NCBI GenBank assembly: GCA_963422265.1 | Contig: OY729416.1 | Location: forward strand, 288,001-352,000 | From: Thermodesulfobacteriota bacterium | GTDB taxonomy: Bacteria > Desulfobacterota_D > UBA1144 > Nemesobacterales > UBA2774 | Direction: 5' to 3' | DNA: 64,000 nucleotides | Shown here: positions 46,816 through 56,645 of the stretch, in pieces | How the letters are laid out: each line of letters begins with the position of its first letter | Position numbering within the stretch: the stretch's first letter is position 1 | Made by a program: the position numbers and the translations under genes | The notes under the pieces: model-generated | Database searches by the model: none | What the model was told of the DNA's origin: nothing | The model's input: only the letters and a program-made list of their open reading frames with translations

Positions 46816-48483
46816 TTGAACGCTGCTGTTTTAGCCGTCTTCGTAATTATTTTATATTTCCTAGGTTACCGCTACTATTCTAAGTTCATTGCTACAAAGG
46901 TTTTTCAACTTTCGGATGATGAGGTTACCCCAGCCCACAAAGTAAACGACGGGGTTGACTTTGTCCCTACTAATAAACACGTGCTATTCGGACACCATTT
47001 TGCGTCCATTGCTGGGGCAGCACCGATAATAGGTCCCGCAATCGCCGTATTCTGGGGGTGGCTTCCCGCCATAGTCTGGGTTGTTTTGGGCACCATTTTT
47101 ATGGGAGCGGTGCACGATTTCAGTACCCTCGTAATATCTGCAAGAAAAGGAGGAGGATCAATAGGAAGCCTTGCCGGAACTTTAGTAAACCACAGGGCTA
47201 GGACTCTCTTTTTACTAATCGTATATTTTCTGGTTTTTTTTGTTATAGCAGTATTCGCTTATGCAATAGCGTCTTTGTTTGTTAGCTTTCCCACCAGCGT
47301 TTTGCCTGTTAATTTCCAGATTTTAGTAGCTGTTATCATCGGTTTTTTATTTCATAAAAGAGGGATGCCTATTTTGTATCCGTCAATCTTTGCGCTGATA
47401 AGTCTCTACATTATGATATGGGTAGGCGCTAGACTACCTATTGAAATACCATCTTTAATGGGAAGTCAGGTTGTAACTTGGTTATTACTTCTTATGGTTT
47501 ACTCGTTTATAGCTTCGGTACTTCCCGTATGGACGTTGCTTCAGCCACGGGACTATATAAATGGTCATCAACTTTTTTTAGGCCTCGGACTTTTGCTTGT
47601 AGGTCTTCTGGTAGCGCAGCCCGAAATGCAGGCTCCTGCTTTTAATAGGAATGCTGAAGGGGGGATTCCTATTTTTCCATTCATATTCGTCACTATAGCG
47701 TGCGGGGCTATAAGTGGCTTCCACGGGCTTGTATCTAGTGGCACTACTTCAAAGCAGCTTAACCGTATTGGTGATTCAAGGATAATAGGTTACGGTGGGA
47801 TGTTAGGTGAGGGGACGCTTGCGATGATAGCGACGCTTGCCGTTGCGGCTGGCATCGCCAAAGGGGATTGGCTCAATCACTATAAAAGCTGGGAAATCGC
47901 CGCTAAAGGTGGCATCAGTAATTTTGTAGAAGGCGCGTCTACTTTCTTGCGCGCTCTAAGCTTGCCAGAGACTTTTTCTCAAACCCTAATGAGCGTTATA
48001 GTCATAAGCTTTGCTGCAACCTCGCTTGACACAGCGACCCGAATTCAAAGATTGATATTGGGAGAGCTTGGAACCGCATACAAGATAGAGCCCCTTAAAA
48101 ACCGCTACGTCGGTTCTCTGCTTGCGGTTGTTCCTGCTCTGATACTTGCTCTGATGGCTCAGGCTCCTGGCAAAGGGCTGGGGTCAGGTGGTTTTTTACT
48201 ATGGCCACTTTTTGGCGCTACTAACCAATTAGTGGCTGGGCTCTCCTTAATGGTAGTAACGATTTATCTCTGGAGATCTGGACGCTCAGTTCTCTATACT
48301 CTAATACCTATGGTTTTTCTAGTACTAGTGACTGTAGCTTCTATGGTTTGGAACTTTAAGGCTTTCTCAAATACCCCCCTTTTGCTAGTTCTATCCGCTA
48401 TTGTGCTCGCTCTTTCCCTCTGGATCGTGCTGGAAGCATTTTTGGTTTATAAAGAACAGAGAAACCAGTTTACAGACCCGTAA
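46816..48483 (+). CDS. cstA: Carbon starvation protein A family transporter
   Basis: DGVDFVPT..LFGHHFASIAGAAPIIGP, LLQPRDY, TIACGAISGFH, WPLFGATNQ. Confidence 0.93.
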   Translation: MNAAVLAVFVIILYFLGYRYYSKFIATKVFQLSDDEVTPAHKVNDGVDFVPTNKHVLFGHHFASIAGAAPIIGPAIAVFWGWLPAIVWVVLGTIFMGAVHDFSTLVISARKGGGSIGSLAGTLVNHRARTLFLLIVYFLVFFVIAVFAYAIASLFVSFPTSVLPVNFQILVAVIIGFLFHKRGMPILYPSIFALISLYIMIWVGARLPIEIPSLMGSQVVTWLLLLMVYSFIASVLPVWTLLQPRDYINGHQLFLGLGLLLVGLLVAQPEMQAPAFNRNAEGGIPIFPFIFVTIACGAISGFHGLVSSGTTSKQLNRIGDSRIIGYGGMLGEGTLAMIATLAVAAGIAKGDWLNHYKSWEIAAKGGISNFVEGASTFLRALSLPETFSQTLMSVIVISFAATSLDTATRIQRLILGELGTAYKIEPLKNRYVGSLLAVVPALILALMAQAPGKGLGSGGFLLWPLFGATNQLVAGLSLMVVTIYLWRSGRSVLYTLIPMVFLVLVTVASMVWNFKAFSNTPLLLVLSAIVLALSLWIVLEAFLVYKEQRNQFTDP

Positions 48484-48607
48484 GAACAAAGCTAGGTTGA
48501 TTTGTCAGTAAGTCGTAGGTCTTTCCTTTCAGTGGCTACGAGCCTTACTTTAGCAGACTCAAGATACCAAGTTGACCCCAATGTGGAGTCTTGCTATCAT
48601 TTTCTAA

Positions 48608-49678
48608 ATGCGCACCGGATATGCCCAGCTTTCACTTCACGGGGGAAAAGCTCCCAAGTGGCTCTTTAACCGTATGATTAGACTCTCAAGAGAGATTGTT
48701 TGCCATATAGTGTCTGAATACGGTGCGAATGAAGTTCTCGTCCGTCTTTCAGATCCGCACTGGTTTCAGGCTTTGGGGTGCGTTTTAGGTTTTGACTGGC
48801 ATTCAAGCGGCGTCACTACGACCACGTGCGGAGCTATAAAGGAGGGCATAAAAGGACTTGAGGAAGAACTCGGTCTATTCGCGGCGGGTGGTAAGGGTAA
48901 AGCATCGCGCAGGACGCCCGATGAAATAGCCCAGGCCTCTGATAAGTTGTCCAGCAAGTCAGATAACCTTGTGTATGCAAGCAGTTTATCCGCTAAAGTT
49001 GATAGCTCAGCCGTTCAGGACGGTTATCAACTCTATCATCATAGCTTCTTTTTTTCGAGCAGTGGCGAGTGGTGCGTTGTTCAGCAGGGTTTTAACGATG
49101 CCGCTCGGTCGGCAAGAAGATACCATTGGCTCAGCAGTAGGCTGGACAGCTTCGTCAATGAGCCTCACGCTGCTATATGCAGCAATTATCGATCAAAGAC
49201 CCTTGACCTTGTATCCCAAGAGAGTTTGGAAACCAGAAAGGCAGTTACGGAGATTGCACGGCAGCCTGATAAGGGGGTGCTCAAGGACGTTGGGCATTTA
49301 CCAGAGCTTATAATGCCAAGCTATCACGGGATTAACTTAACTGACATTAACCCCAAGTATCTTAATAAGGTTTTGTTAAAGACTTACGAGAAAAAGCCAG
49401 AGAATTTTGAAGGGCTTCTTAGCATAAATGGGGTTGGACCCAAGACGCTTCGCGCGCTTACTCTTACATCAGAGCTTATATACGGTACGAAAGCAAGCGT
49501 TAATGACCCTGCAAGATTTTCATTCGCTCATGGTGGCAAGGACGGTACTCCTTTCCCCGTAAATAGGGAAACTTACGAGATTAGCATATCAGTGCTTCAC
49601 GATGCCCTTAGAAGAGCTAAAATAGGCAGAAGTGAAAGGCTTGGAGCAATAAGAAGGTTGTCCAAACTGCAAGTATGA
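48608..49678 (+). CDS. DUF763 family protein
   Basis: LHGGKAP.WL, GFDWHSSG.TT, QDGYQLYHH, GVGPKTLRAL, FAHGGKDG. Confidence 0.88.
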   Translation: MRTGYAQLSLHGGKAPKWLFNRMIRLSREIVCHIVSEYGANEVLVRLSDPHWFQALGCVLGFDWHSSGVTTTTCGAIKEGIKGLEEELGLFAAGGKGKASRRTPDEIAQASDKLSSKSDNLVYASSLSAKVDSSAVQDGYQLYHHSFFFSSSGEWCVVQQGFNDAARSARRYHWLSSRLDSFVNEPHAAICSNYRSKTLDLVSQESLETRKAVTEIARQPDKGVLKDVGHLPELIMPSYHGINLTDINPKYLNKVLLKTYEKKPENFEGLLSINGVGPKTLRALTLTSELIYGTKASVNDPARFSFAHGGKDGTPFPVNRETYEISISVLHDALRRAKIGRSERLGAIRRLSKLQV

Positions 49679-49879
49679 TCTTGTTTTTATTATATAAGAA
49701 GGAAAGCCGAACTTGAAAGAATACTCCCTAGCCTTCCTTCACAAAAAAAAGGGGGGGGAACATCTCATCAATCACTAAGTTTTTCAAAGTGGTTGGGGAG
49801 GGTGTTTATCCATCTCTTAAATGTCCTTCGAAGTGAGTTTAGCCTCTTCTATACTCGTCCCATAATATATAACGTTGGC

Positions 49880-50875
49880 TTACTCTAGTTTACTAAAAAC
49901 TTCGTTTATAGATGATGCGACGGAGTTGTGAAGAGTGCCGTTTGTTGCTAAGATCCCCGTATTGTTAAAGAGCGTCCTTCCTAAGGAAAAGTCCAAATCC
50001 TTGCCAAAAATGTCAGTTACCTTTCCCCCGGCTTCTTTAACTATTATACTACCTGCCGCATGATCCCAAATTTTCTCCTCGTAGTCTTTCTTTGTAGGCA
50101 GCCTGAGGTATATGGAAGCGTCCCCCCTTGCAATAACCGCGTATTTACATTGACTGTCAATTCTTATAAATTCTCTCTCAACTCCAAGCATTTTGGCAAT
50201 CCTTTCCGAGTCGCCGTGTGACGAGTGCTCTGATTCTACAGATTCACAAAAAAGGGCATCCTTTGCGTTGTTAGTAAAAGATACTCTGACCTTGGTCGCA
50301 TTACCTCCGTCAAGAAGTTCTAGTATAGAGCCTTGTCCTTTTACCGCGCTTATGACGCAGCCCCTTATGCTATTAGGATCGTGCACGTCCAGAGGTAGGC
50401 TAGGACATCCTAACACGCCTAAGACGACCTCTCCGTTTTCTATAAGGGCTAGTGCGACTGCATATTGGTCACCCCTCAAGAAACCTTTCGTTCCGTCTAT
50501 TGGGTCAAGCGTCCAGAACCTCCCCCCTGTCCCTCCGCAGTGGTTACCACTATCTATTAGTTCCAGCATCTCTTCCTCGTCGATATCCGGCGTCACTGCG
50601 TTTACGTGTCTCAGTATTTCCGCTCTTAGTATTTTAGCTTTTTCCGTTCTTAGCTCTGACGAGTCTTCTTCTCCTACGATAGGGTCTCTCGAGAAAGTCT
50701 TTTTAAGCTCGTGGCAAATCACGGCTTGCGCTCCAAAATCGGCAATCGTAACGGGGGAGTTATCCTTCTTTGTAATGATGTCTTGAGACTCCCTTTCCGA
50801 TTGAAAGTCAATACAAATGCGACATGCTTTAATTACGGCGCCAATTGCCACTCTCCGCTCTACGTTGTATAGCAT
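49880..50875 (-). CDS. 3'(2'),5'-bisphosphate nucleotidase, HAL2/SAL1 type
   Basis: SPVTIADF, GEE, LDPIDGTKGFLRGDQYA, DSQCKY, EKIWDHAAG. Confidence 0.9.
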   Translation of the reverse strand: MLYNVERRVAIGAVIKACRICIDFQSERESQDIITKKDNSPVTIADFGAQAVICHELKKTFSRDPIVGEEDSSELRTEKAKILRAEILRHVNAVTPDIDEEEMLELIDSGNHCGGTGGRFWTLDPIDGTKGFLRGDQYAVALALIENGEVVLGVLGCPSLPLDVHDPNSIRGCVISAVKGQGSILELLDGGNATKVRVSFTNNAKDALFCESVESEHSSHGDSERIAKMLGVEREFIRIDSQCKYAVIARGDASIYLRLPTKKDYEEKIWDHAAGSIIVKEAGGKVTDIFGKDLDFSLGRTLFNNTGILATNGTLHNSVASSINEVFSKLE

Positions 50876-50907
50876 TTGATTCTCCTATGACTGTTAACTT
50901 ACGGCTC

Positions 50908-53900
50908 TTATTTGACTTTGGCTTTATATATCCACTGCGAGGCGCGTGTTTTCGCGTCTAAAACAAGACTGAACACGGAAGGAACCAAAATTAGAGTGAA
51001 CATGGTCGATACGATGAGACCGCCTACGACAACGCTTCCAAGCCCCCTGTAGAACTCCGATCCCGATCCCGGCAGTAGTATTAGGGGGATCATGCCAAAC
51101 ACGCTTGTAGTAGTACTCATGAATATGGGCCTTATACGTGTTTTTACCGACTCACTTATGGCTTCTTCGTATCCTACTCCATGCTCTTTTACGTTGTTAA
51201 GAGCCTGATGAACTATAAGAATTGCATTATTAACGACGATCCCTATTAATATGATGAACCCAAGCATGGTTAGCACATTGAGCGGCATGTATGTGAAGAG
51301 GTTCAGTATAAGAAGTCCCAAGAATCCACCGAACGAAGCCAGTGGCACGCTGAGCATAATGACAAAGGGGTAAACAAAGCTTTCAAACAAAGATGCCATC
51401 AGGAGGAATGCGATCATAGCCGCCAGTAGAAAATTCCATTGAAGCGCCTGTCTAGTTACAGTGAGATCATCGGCTGACCCTGTGAGAATTGCGTTGTATG
51501 CCCTGCCTAAGTCCCCCTTTTCTCTGAGCGGGATCAGTATTTCATCGTTTATTAGCTCTATTGCACTTTCAAGTGCCATTTGCTCAGGGGGCACAACTGA
51601 GATAGCTATAGTTCTTTGACGCTCGTAGTGGTTTATCTGCTCGGGTCCGGTCGTAAAAATTACATCGGCTACCGAGCCTAGACTTACCATCTTGCCACTT
51701 TCCGTATTTATGACAAGGTCTTTAATCTCGTCCGTGCTGCTTGAGTACTTATCTTCTCCCCTTAGAGTAAGGTCTATCTCGTCGCCATCAATCTGGTAAT
51801 TGCTTACTATCGTGCCATCTACAAGGACGTTCAGCAAAAAACCTAGCTCTTCATTTGTTATACCTAAATCAGCCGCGCGCTTTCCTTTAAGCTTTAGCTG
51901 CACCTCGGGATTGCCTAGATCGAGACTTGGGATCGGGCGAACCTGAGCCTCTGGTATTTTCTGCATAGCGGTAAAGAATACGTTTTGGGCAATCCCCACG
52001 AGCTTTCCAAGCTCAGGTCCCGTTATCTGGACGTTTATGGCTCTTCCCTCACCTATCCCTCTTTGAAATATGCTTGACTGGGATACAATTGCTATCATAC
52101 CCGGTATTTTACTAAGAGAACTCTGCATTACCGGTATTATCTCGCGTATTCTATCGGGCTCTTTTACCCGCGCCCCCATGAAAGCTTGACGTCCTGTCGC
52201 TACGTAAAAGAAGTTTTTAATCGGGGGTCCGTCGAGCCTTGCGGCTTCATCCGAACCGACTTCTGCTTCCCAATACTGCCGCAGATCTTCTTCTATTCCC
52301 TTGCCGATATTGGTAAATTCTTCAACGTTGTATCCCGGCGGCGGTATTAGTATTCCAAATACCAAATTCCTGTTGCCTTCAGGCAGATATTCCGCTTTGG
52401 GTATCATTACTAAACTCAAGATAATTGCCCCAAAGGTAAAACCGCACACCACAGCTATCTTGGTGAGCGTATTCGAGAGTATGTGGCTTACTAGGCTTGA
52501 AATGCTATTCGCTAGCGCTTCTGCTTTCTGGGTTAAGCCCCATAGGTTTGAGAAGTTCCAGCCCGGTCTCCTTGTAGCTACGTTAAGGATCTTAGCTGAG
52601 ATAGAGGGTATTACAGTTATAGAGACTATGAGACTTAATACTACGGATACGCTGATGGCGATTGCAATGTCACGGAAAAGTTGTCCTGCCTGATCTTTTA
52701 CGAATATCACTGGAATGAACACTGCGGCAGTGGTTAGCGTGCTAGCGAGTACCGCTCCCCATACCTCAGTTGTGCCATCATAAGCCGCTTGAACTCGCGA
52801 TTTACCCATCTGCATGTGTCGGTAAACGTTCTCAAGCACGACAATTGAGTTATCTATTATCATTCCGACGGCAAATGCCATACCGGCTAAGCTGATCACG
52901 TTTATTGTTCTTCCGAGAAAAGCCATCATTACAAACGTTCCGATTATGCTTATCGGTATAGCGATAGCTACGGTAAGGGTGCTGCTTGCGCTTCTTAAGA
53001 ATAGAAGGAGGACGGCTATGGCTAACAGCCCGCCTATAATAATGTTCTGCTGAACTAGGTCAATTGCATTTATTATGTAGCCTGTTTCCTCATAGACGTT
53101 AAATAGGGTGAGATTTCTTTCTTTCAATTCTCCTTCATTGAGTTCTTTCATCGCTTGCATGATGCTTGACATGACTTCAATTGTATTTGCCCCGCTTTCC
53201 TTCACGACGTTTACCGCGATTGAAGGCTCACCGTTCTGTCTTACTGCATGCTCAGGGTCTTTATAGCCTAGCCTTACGCGGGCTACATCGCCTACGTAAA
53301 CCGGGGAGCCGTTTCTGTTGGCAATAACGACCTTTTCAATATCTTTGGGTGATTGATATTCACCAACGGTCCTTACTATGTAACGTCTCTTACCCTCGTC
53401 GAACTTTCCAGCGCTGTAGTTATCGTTCTCGGCGTTGATTGCATGCGCCATTTGCTGAATGGTGATTCTTCTCGAAGCGAGCGCGTTCGAATCTACGATG
53501 ACCTGCATTTCACGCTCATAACCGCCATAAACATTGGAAGAGCCGACCCCAGAAACGCGCTCGAATCTAGGTTTAATAAAATCCTCGGCAAAGTCGCGAA
53601 ACTGATAAATGTCAATATCCTGCTGCTCTTTATCGGGTTTTAGAATGAACCATGCCATAGCGCTTGACGTAACGTCCGTGCTGCTTATAACTGGCTGATC
53701 TACTTCATTAGGATATTCTTTTACCTGATTGAGTTTGTTTGAAACGTCAACAATAGCGGCGTCTATATCAGTCCCAAGCTCAAATTCCATCACGATTTTG
53801 CCGCTTGAGTCCATGCTCTCGCTTGTCATTTCTATGAGTCCGCGGGCGGTCTTGAGCTCCTCTTCCTGCTCACGCACTATCTCCGTCTCAACTTCCTGTG

Positions 53901-54066
53901 GGCTCGCTCCCGTCCAGACAGTGCCTACGGTTATGCGTGGCTTTTCTACGTCAGGGGTAAGCTGCACAGGGATTTTGAATAGAGAGATCAACCCGAATAG
54001 AACTATAAATATTACTCCAACGGCGACGCTGACGGGTCTTTTAATAGACCTTTCTACTAATTTCAT
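50908..54066 (-). CDS. RND efflux permease (AcrB/CzcA family)
   Basis: 1052 aa; GMIIDNSIVVLEN, GIVVNNAIL, RIRPIFM. Confidence 0.93.
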   Translation of the reverse strand: MKLVERSIKRPVSVAVGVIFIVLFGLISLFKIPVQLTPDVEKPRITVGTVWTGASPQEVETEIVREQEEELKTARGLIEMTSESMDSSGKIVMEFELGTDIDAAIVDVSNKLNQVKEYPNEVDQPVISSTDVTSSAMAWFILKPDKEQQDIDIYQFRDFAEDFIKPRFERVSGVGSSNVYGGYEREMQVIVDSNALASRRITIQQMAHAINAENDNYSAGKFDEGKRRYIVRTVGEYQSPKDIEKVVIANRNGSPVYVGDVARVRLGYKDPEHAVRQNGEPSIAVNVVKESGANTIEVMSSIMQAMKELNEGELKERNLTLFNVYEETGYIINAIDLVQQNIIIGGLLAIAVLLLFLRSASSTLTVAIAIPISIIGTFVMMAFLGRTINVISLAGMAFAVGMIIDNSIVVLENVYRHMQMGKSRVQAAYDGTTEVWGAVLASTLTTAAVFIPVIFVKDQAGQLFRDIAIAISVSVVLSLIVSITVIPSISAKILNVATRRPGWNFSNLWGLTQKAEALANSISSLVSHILSNTLTKIAVVCGFTFGAIILSLVMIPKAEYLPEGNRNLVFGILIPPPGYNVEEFTNIGKGIEEDLRQYWEAEVGSDEAARLDGPPIKNFFYVATGRQAFMGARVKEPDRIREIIPVMQSSLSKIPGMIAIVSQSSIFQRGIGEGRAINVQITGPELGKLVGIAQNVFFTAMQKIPEAQVRPIPSLDLGNPEVQLKLKGKRAADLGITNEELGFLLNVLVDGTIVSNYQIDGDEIDLTLRGEDKYSSSTDEIKDLVINTESGKMVSLGSVADVIFTTGPEQINHYERQRTIAISVVPPEQMALESAIELINDEILIPLREKGDLGRAYNAILTGSADDLTVTRQALQWNFLLAAMIAFLLMASLFESFVYPFVIMLSVPLASFGGFLGLLILNLFTYMPLNVLTMLGFIILIGIVVNNAILIVHQALNNVKEHGVGYEEAISESVKTRIRPIFMSTTTSVFGMIPLILLPGSGSEFYRGLGSVVVGGLIVSTMFTLILVPSVFSLVLDAKTRASQWIYKAKVK

Positions 54067-54088
54067 CTATGAGTTTTCCACCTACAAA

Positions 54089-55189
54089 TTAGTTGGCTTT
54101 ATCTTGCGTTTCATGCTTTTCATTTAAGATTTTTACAGGCTGGTTGGGCATGAGCCTTTCATTACCTCTGATGACGACAAGCTGTCCGGCTTTGATGTTT
54201 CCTATCACTTGAATCTGTTCCTCAAGTTCTATTCCGGTCGTAACTGGAATGGGTTGAGCAATTCCATCGTTTACCACGTAGATGAAATTAGCGTTATTCC
54301 GCGGCACTATAGCGTCTTTATGCACCATCATAGCGGTGAGTGGTTTTCCGATAGAGAAAGACACGCGTGCCACCATGCCGCTTTTTACGATGCTGTTCTT
54401 GTTATCAACATTGATTTTTACGGGAAAAGTTCTTGATTCTCCGTCTGCTTGGGGCACAAGAGAGGTAAATGTACCTTCAATACTCACTTTGGGAAGGGCA
54501 TCAAATCTAATCAACGCTTTATCACGTCTCTTTATCTTGTTTACGTAGCGTTCAGGCAAGTTTACATTAATCTCTACCATTTCAATATCGATCAGTTCAA
54601 TGATGGGACCTCCTTCTTGCACCCATTCACCCACCTCAACGTATTCTCTAGTTACGTATCCATTAAAGGGGGCTTTTATGCTTGACTTGTCAAGTGCGTA
54701 TTCATAGTTTTCAATCTGAGCCTGATGCTGTTCAACACGGGCATCCCACGAGTCCTTTTCCGATTTGGCATCTTGTAAGCGTTGTATTGACGCTACCCCT
54801 TTGTCTTGGAGTTGCTGAATACGTATCAGGTTCTTTTCTGCTAGCTGATAACGTGCTTGTGCCTCTTTTTTACTTGCTCTGGCTGCGTTCAGATTTATTT
54901 CTATAGTATGCTTGACAAGTTTAGCGATTACGTCTCCTTTGCTTACATAATCGCCTTCTTGCACGAGCATGCTCTTGACTAATCCCTCTATTGCGCTTGC
55001 AACTACGCTCCTTTTCCTGGGCTCGACTGAGCCTACGAGCGTAACTGGTTTTTGAACCTTTCGTTCCTCAACCTTATCCACCAAAACTGGCGCTGGTGGT
55101 GGCGTTTGAGCTGAAGAGCTTACGTTGGTAATCAATAGAATTAACAATAGCGTTATAAACGCATAAGGGACGCTTCTTGGTGGTTTCAT
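54089..55189 (-). CDS. RND periplasmic adaptor (MFP) subunit
   Basis: EGDYV.KGD, IKAPFNG, SRTF.VK, GM.ARV; upstream of the permease. Confidence 0.92.
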   Translation of the reverse strand: MKPPRSVPYAFITLLLILLITNVSSSAQTPPPAPVLVDKVEERKVQKPVTLVGSVEPRKRSVVASAIEGLVKSMLVQEGDYVSKGDVIAKLVKHTIEINLNAARASKKEAQARYQLAEKNLIRIQQLQDKGVASIQRLQDAKSEKDSWDARVEQHQAQIENYEYALDKSSIKAPFNGYVTREYVEVGEWVQEGGPIIELIDIEMVEINVNLPERYVNKIKRRDKALIRFDALPKVSIEGTFTSLVPQADGESRTFPVKINVDNKNSIVKSGMVARVSFSIGKPLTAMMVHKDAIVPRNNANFIYVVNDGIAQPIPVTTGIELEEQIQVIGNIKAGQLVVIRGNERLMPNQPVKILNEKHETQDKAN

Positions 55190-55351
55190 ACTTCTCCTTG
55201 TGTAGAATTGGAATTTGTTCTGTTTAGGATAAATTCAATTTTTGATTGATCAAATTTTCTGCTATTTGATTTTTACTCTATACATGCTGTATATTATTTG
55301 TTAACATCTAGAATATAGGATAAGTAAAAATTCTAAGGAGGTGCTGCTTAG

Positions 55352-55663
55352 ATGTCAATCTTAAGTAGATTGTTTTTGTTGTTAATAGCTGGAGTATTTG
55401 TATTAGGACTGAGTGCGTGTCCCCCGACGACGCCTGATGAGCCGGCTGGCGGTTCTGAAGTTGTAGAGGAAGCTCCTGCTGAGGCTACAGAGGAAGCTCC
55501 TGCTGAGGCTACAGAGGAAGCTCCTGCCGAGGCTACAGAGGAAGCTCCTGCCGAGGCTACAGAGGAAGCTCCTGCCGAGGCTACAGAGGAAGCTCCTGCC
55601 GAGGCTACAGAGGAAGCTCCTGCCGAGGCTACAGAGGAAGCTCCTGCCGAGGGTGTAAAGTAA
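55352..55663 (+). CDS. Small acidic lipoprotein with EEAPAEAT tandem repeats
   Basis: AAGGAGG RBS; lipobox LSAC; 7 full plus 1 partial octapeptide. Confidence 0.82.
   Translation: MSILSRLFLLLIAGVFVLGLSACPPTTPDEPAGGSEVVEEAPAEATEEAPAEATEEAPAEATEEAPAEATEEAPAEATEEAPAEATEEAPAEATEEAPAEGVK
55466..55651 (+). repeat. 24-bp VNTR GAGGAAGCTCCTGCYGAGGCTACA x7.75
   Basis: Read directly; no spacers between copies. Confidence 0.95.
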
Positions 55664-55742
55664 AGCTCTGAGTATTAGCATTAGGGACTTTATATATTTC
55701 TTAGTTATTGGGCGCATAAGTCAATTTTCATAAGTATCGCCT

Positions 55743-55788
55743 AGCCCCTTTTATTTCCTTTCTTAAAAGGAGGGTTATAAAAGGGGCT
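55743..55788. terminator. Long hairpin downstream of the lipoprotein gene
   Basis: AGCCCCTTTTAT / ATAAAAGGGGCT 12-bp perfect stem with inner TCCTT/AAGGA. Confidence 0.55.
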
Positions 55789-56009
55789 GTTGTATTTCAG
55801 ATGAGTTAAGCACGGCGTTTATTACGACGTAGTAGGGTGTTATTCCATTCCGCTTATACCTTTCCCGCTATTGAAGCCTCGCCGTTCTGTTCTATAGCGT
55901 GTTCAGGGTCTAATTTTTCCCATTCGGATGTGTCATCATGCTTTTGAACAGCTTGCCATGATTAGGGACTTGCAAGCGTAAAAGCTTATGGGCGGGAATG
56001 ACAGATGGT

Positions 56010-56101
56010 GTAGGGGCGACCCTTGTGGTCGCCCTTAGGTGTGGTTGTGATGTGGGTACCCATGCATGTCCCTAACTTGATTGGGGAAGGGTTACCCCTA
56101 C
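56010..56101. repeat. GTAG-type REP doublet (REPIN-like)
   Basis: GTAGGGGCGACCCTTGTGGTCGCCC at 56010-56034 and inverted degenerate GTAGGGGTAACCCTTCCCC at 56101-56083. Confidence 0.65.
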
Positions 56102-56418
56102 AACAAGGGGCTGCTGCTTGAACCTACCCTCAACCTACTACAAATACGAACTGCGGGGACTAGCACTAACAAAAATAGAAGAGCAAGAGCTAAAAACCCA
56201 GCACCTTCACCCTTTCCTTCTACACTAATAAGAGAGAATCCCCTGCCTCCTCCGCAATTTTCAGAATCACATCCCTCACAGTCTCTCCCTTCATTCTCCT
56301 CTATACTCGTATTCATGTCTTCTATGTTGACAGAAGCGAAGCGAGATAGTTAGATTCCGCTTCGTTTCTAAGGTCTAAGTCTTGCGTAAGTAACCTTGCA
56401 AAGATAAAATACCGCTCT

Positions 56419-56640
56419 ATGAAGTCGTTTGAAGAGTCCCTAGACGAACTCAAGAAGATTGTGGACAAACTCGAGAGTGGAAATCTACCGCTTGAAGATT
56501 CAATTAAGCTTTTTCAGCAAGGCGCGAAGCTCATCTCCTATTCTCATAAAGAATTAAATGAGGTCGAGAAAAGTGTGCAGATTTTGATGGAAGGAAAAGA
56601 TGGCGAGGTAGAAGCTCTAGATTTTGATCCCCAAGACTAG
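56419..56640 (+). CDS. xseB: Exodeoxyribonuclease VII small subunit
   Basis: SFEESL.EL..IV.KLESG.LPLEDS..LF..G. Confidence 0.93.
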   Translation: MKSFEESLDELKKIVDKLESGNLPLEDSIKLFQQGAKLISYSHKELNEVEKSVQILMEGKDGEVEALDFDPQD

Positions 56641-56645
56641 ACGTT

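Noticed and set aside
50193-50786. 197-aa plus-strand ORF and similar ORFs opposite housekeeping genes
   Set aside because: Entirely antisense to well-supported genes; no motifs
55466-55651. 24-bp direct repeats as a CRISPR array
   Set aside because: Copies are contiguous with no spacers, lie in frame in a lipoprotein, and no cas genes are present
55845-55960. Short minus-strand open stretch (SWQAVQKHDD...GKV)
   Set aside because: No start codon or recognisable homology; at most gene debris
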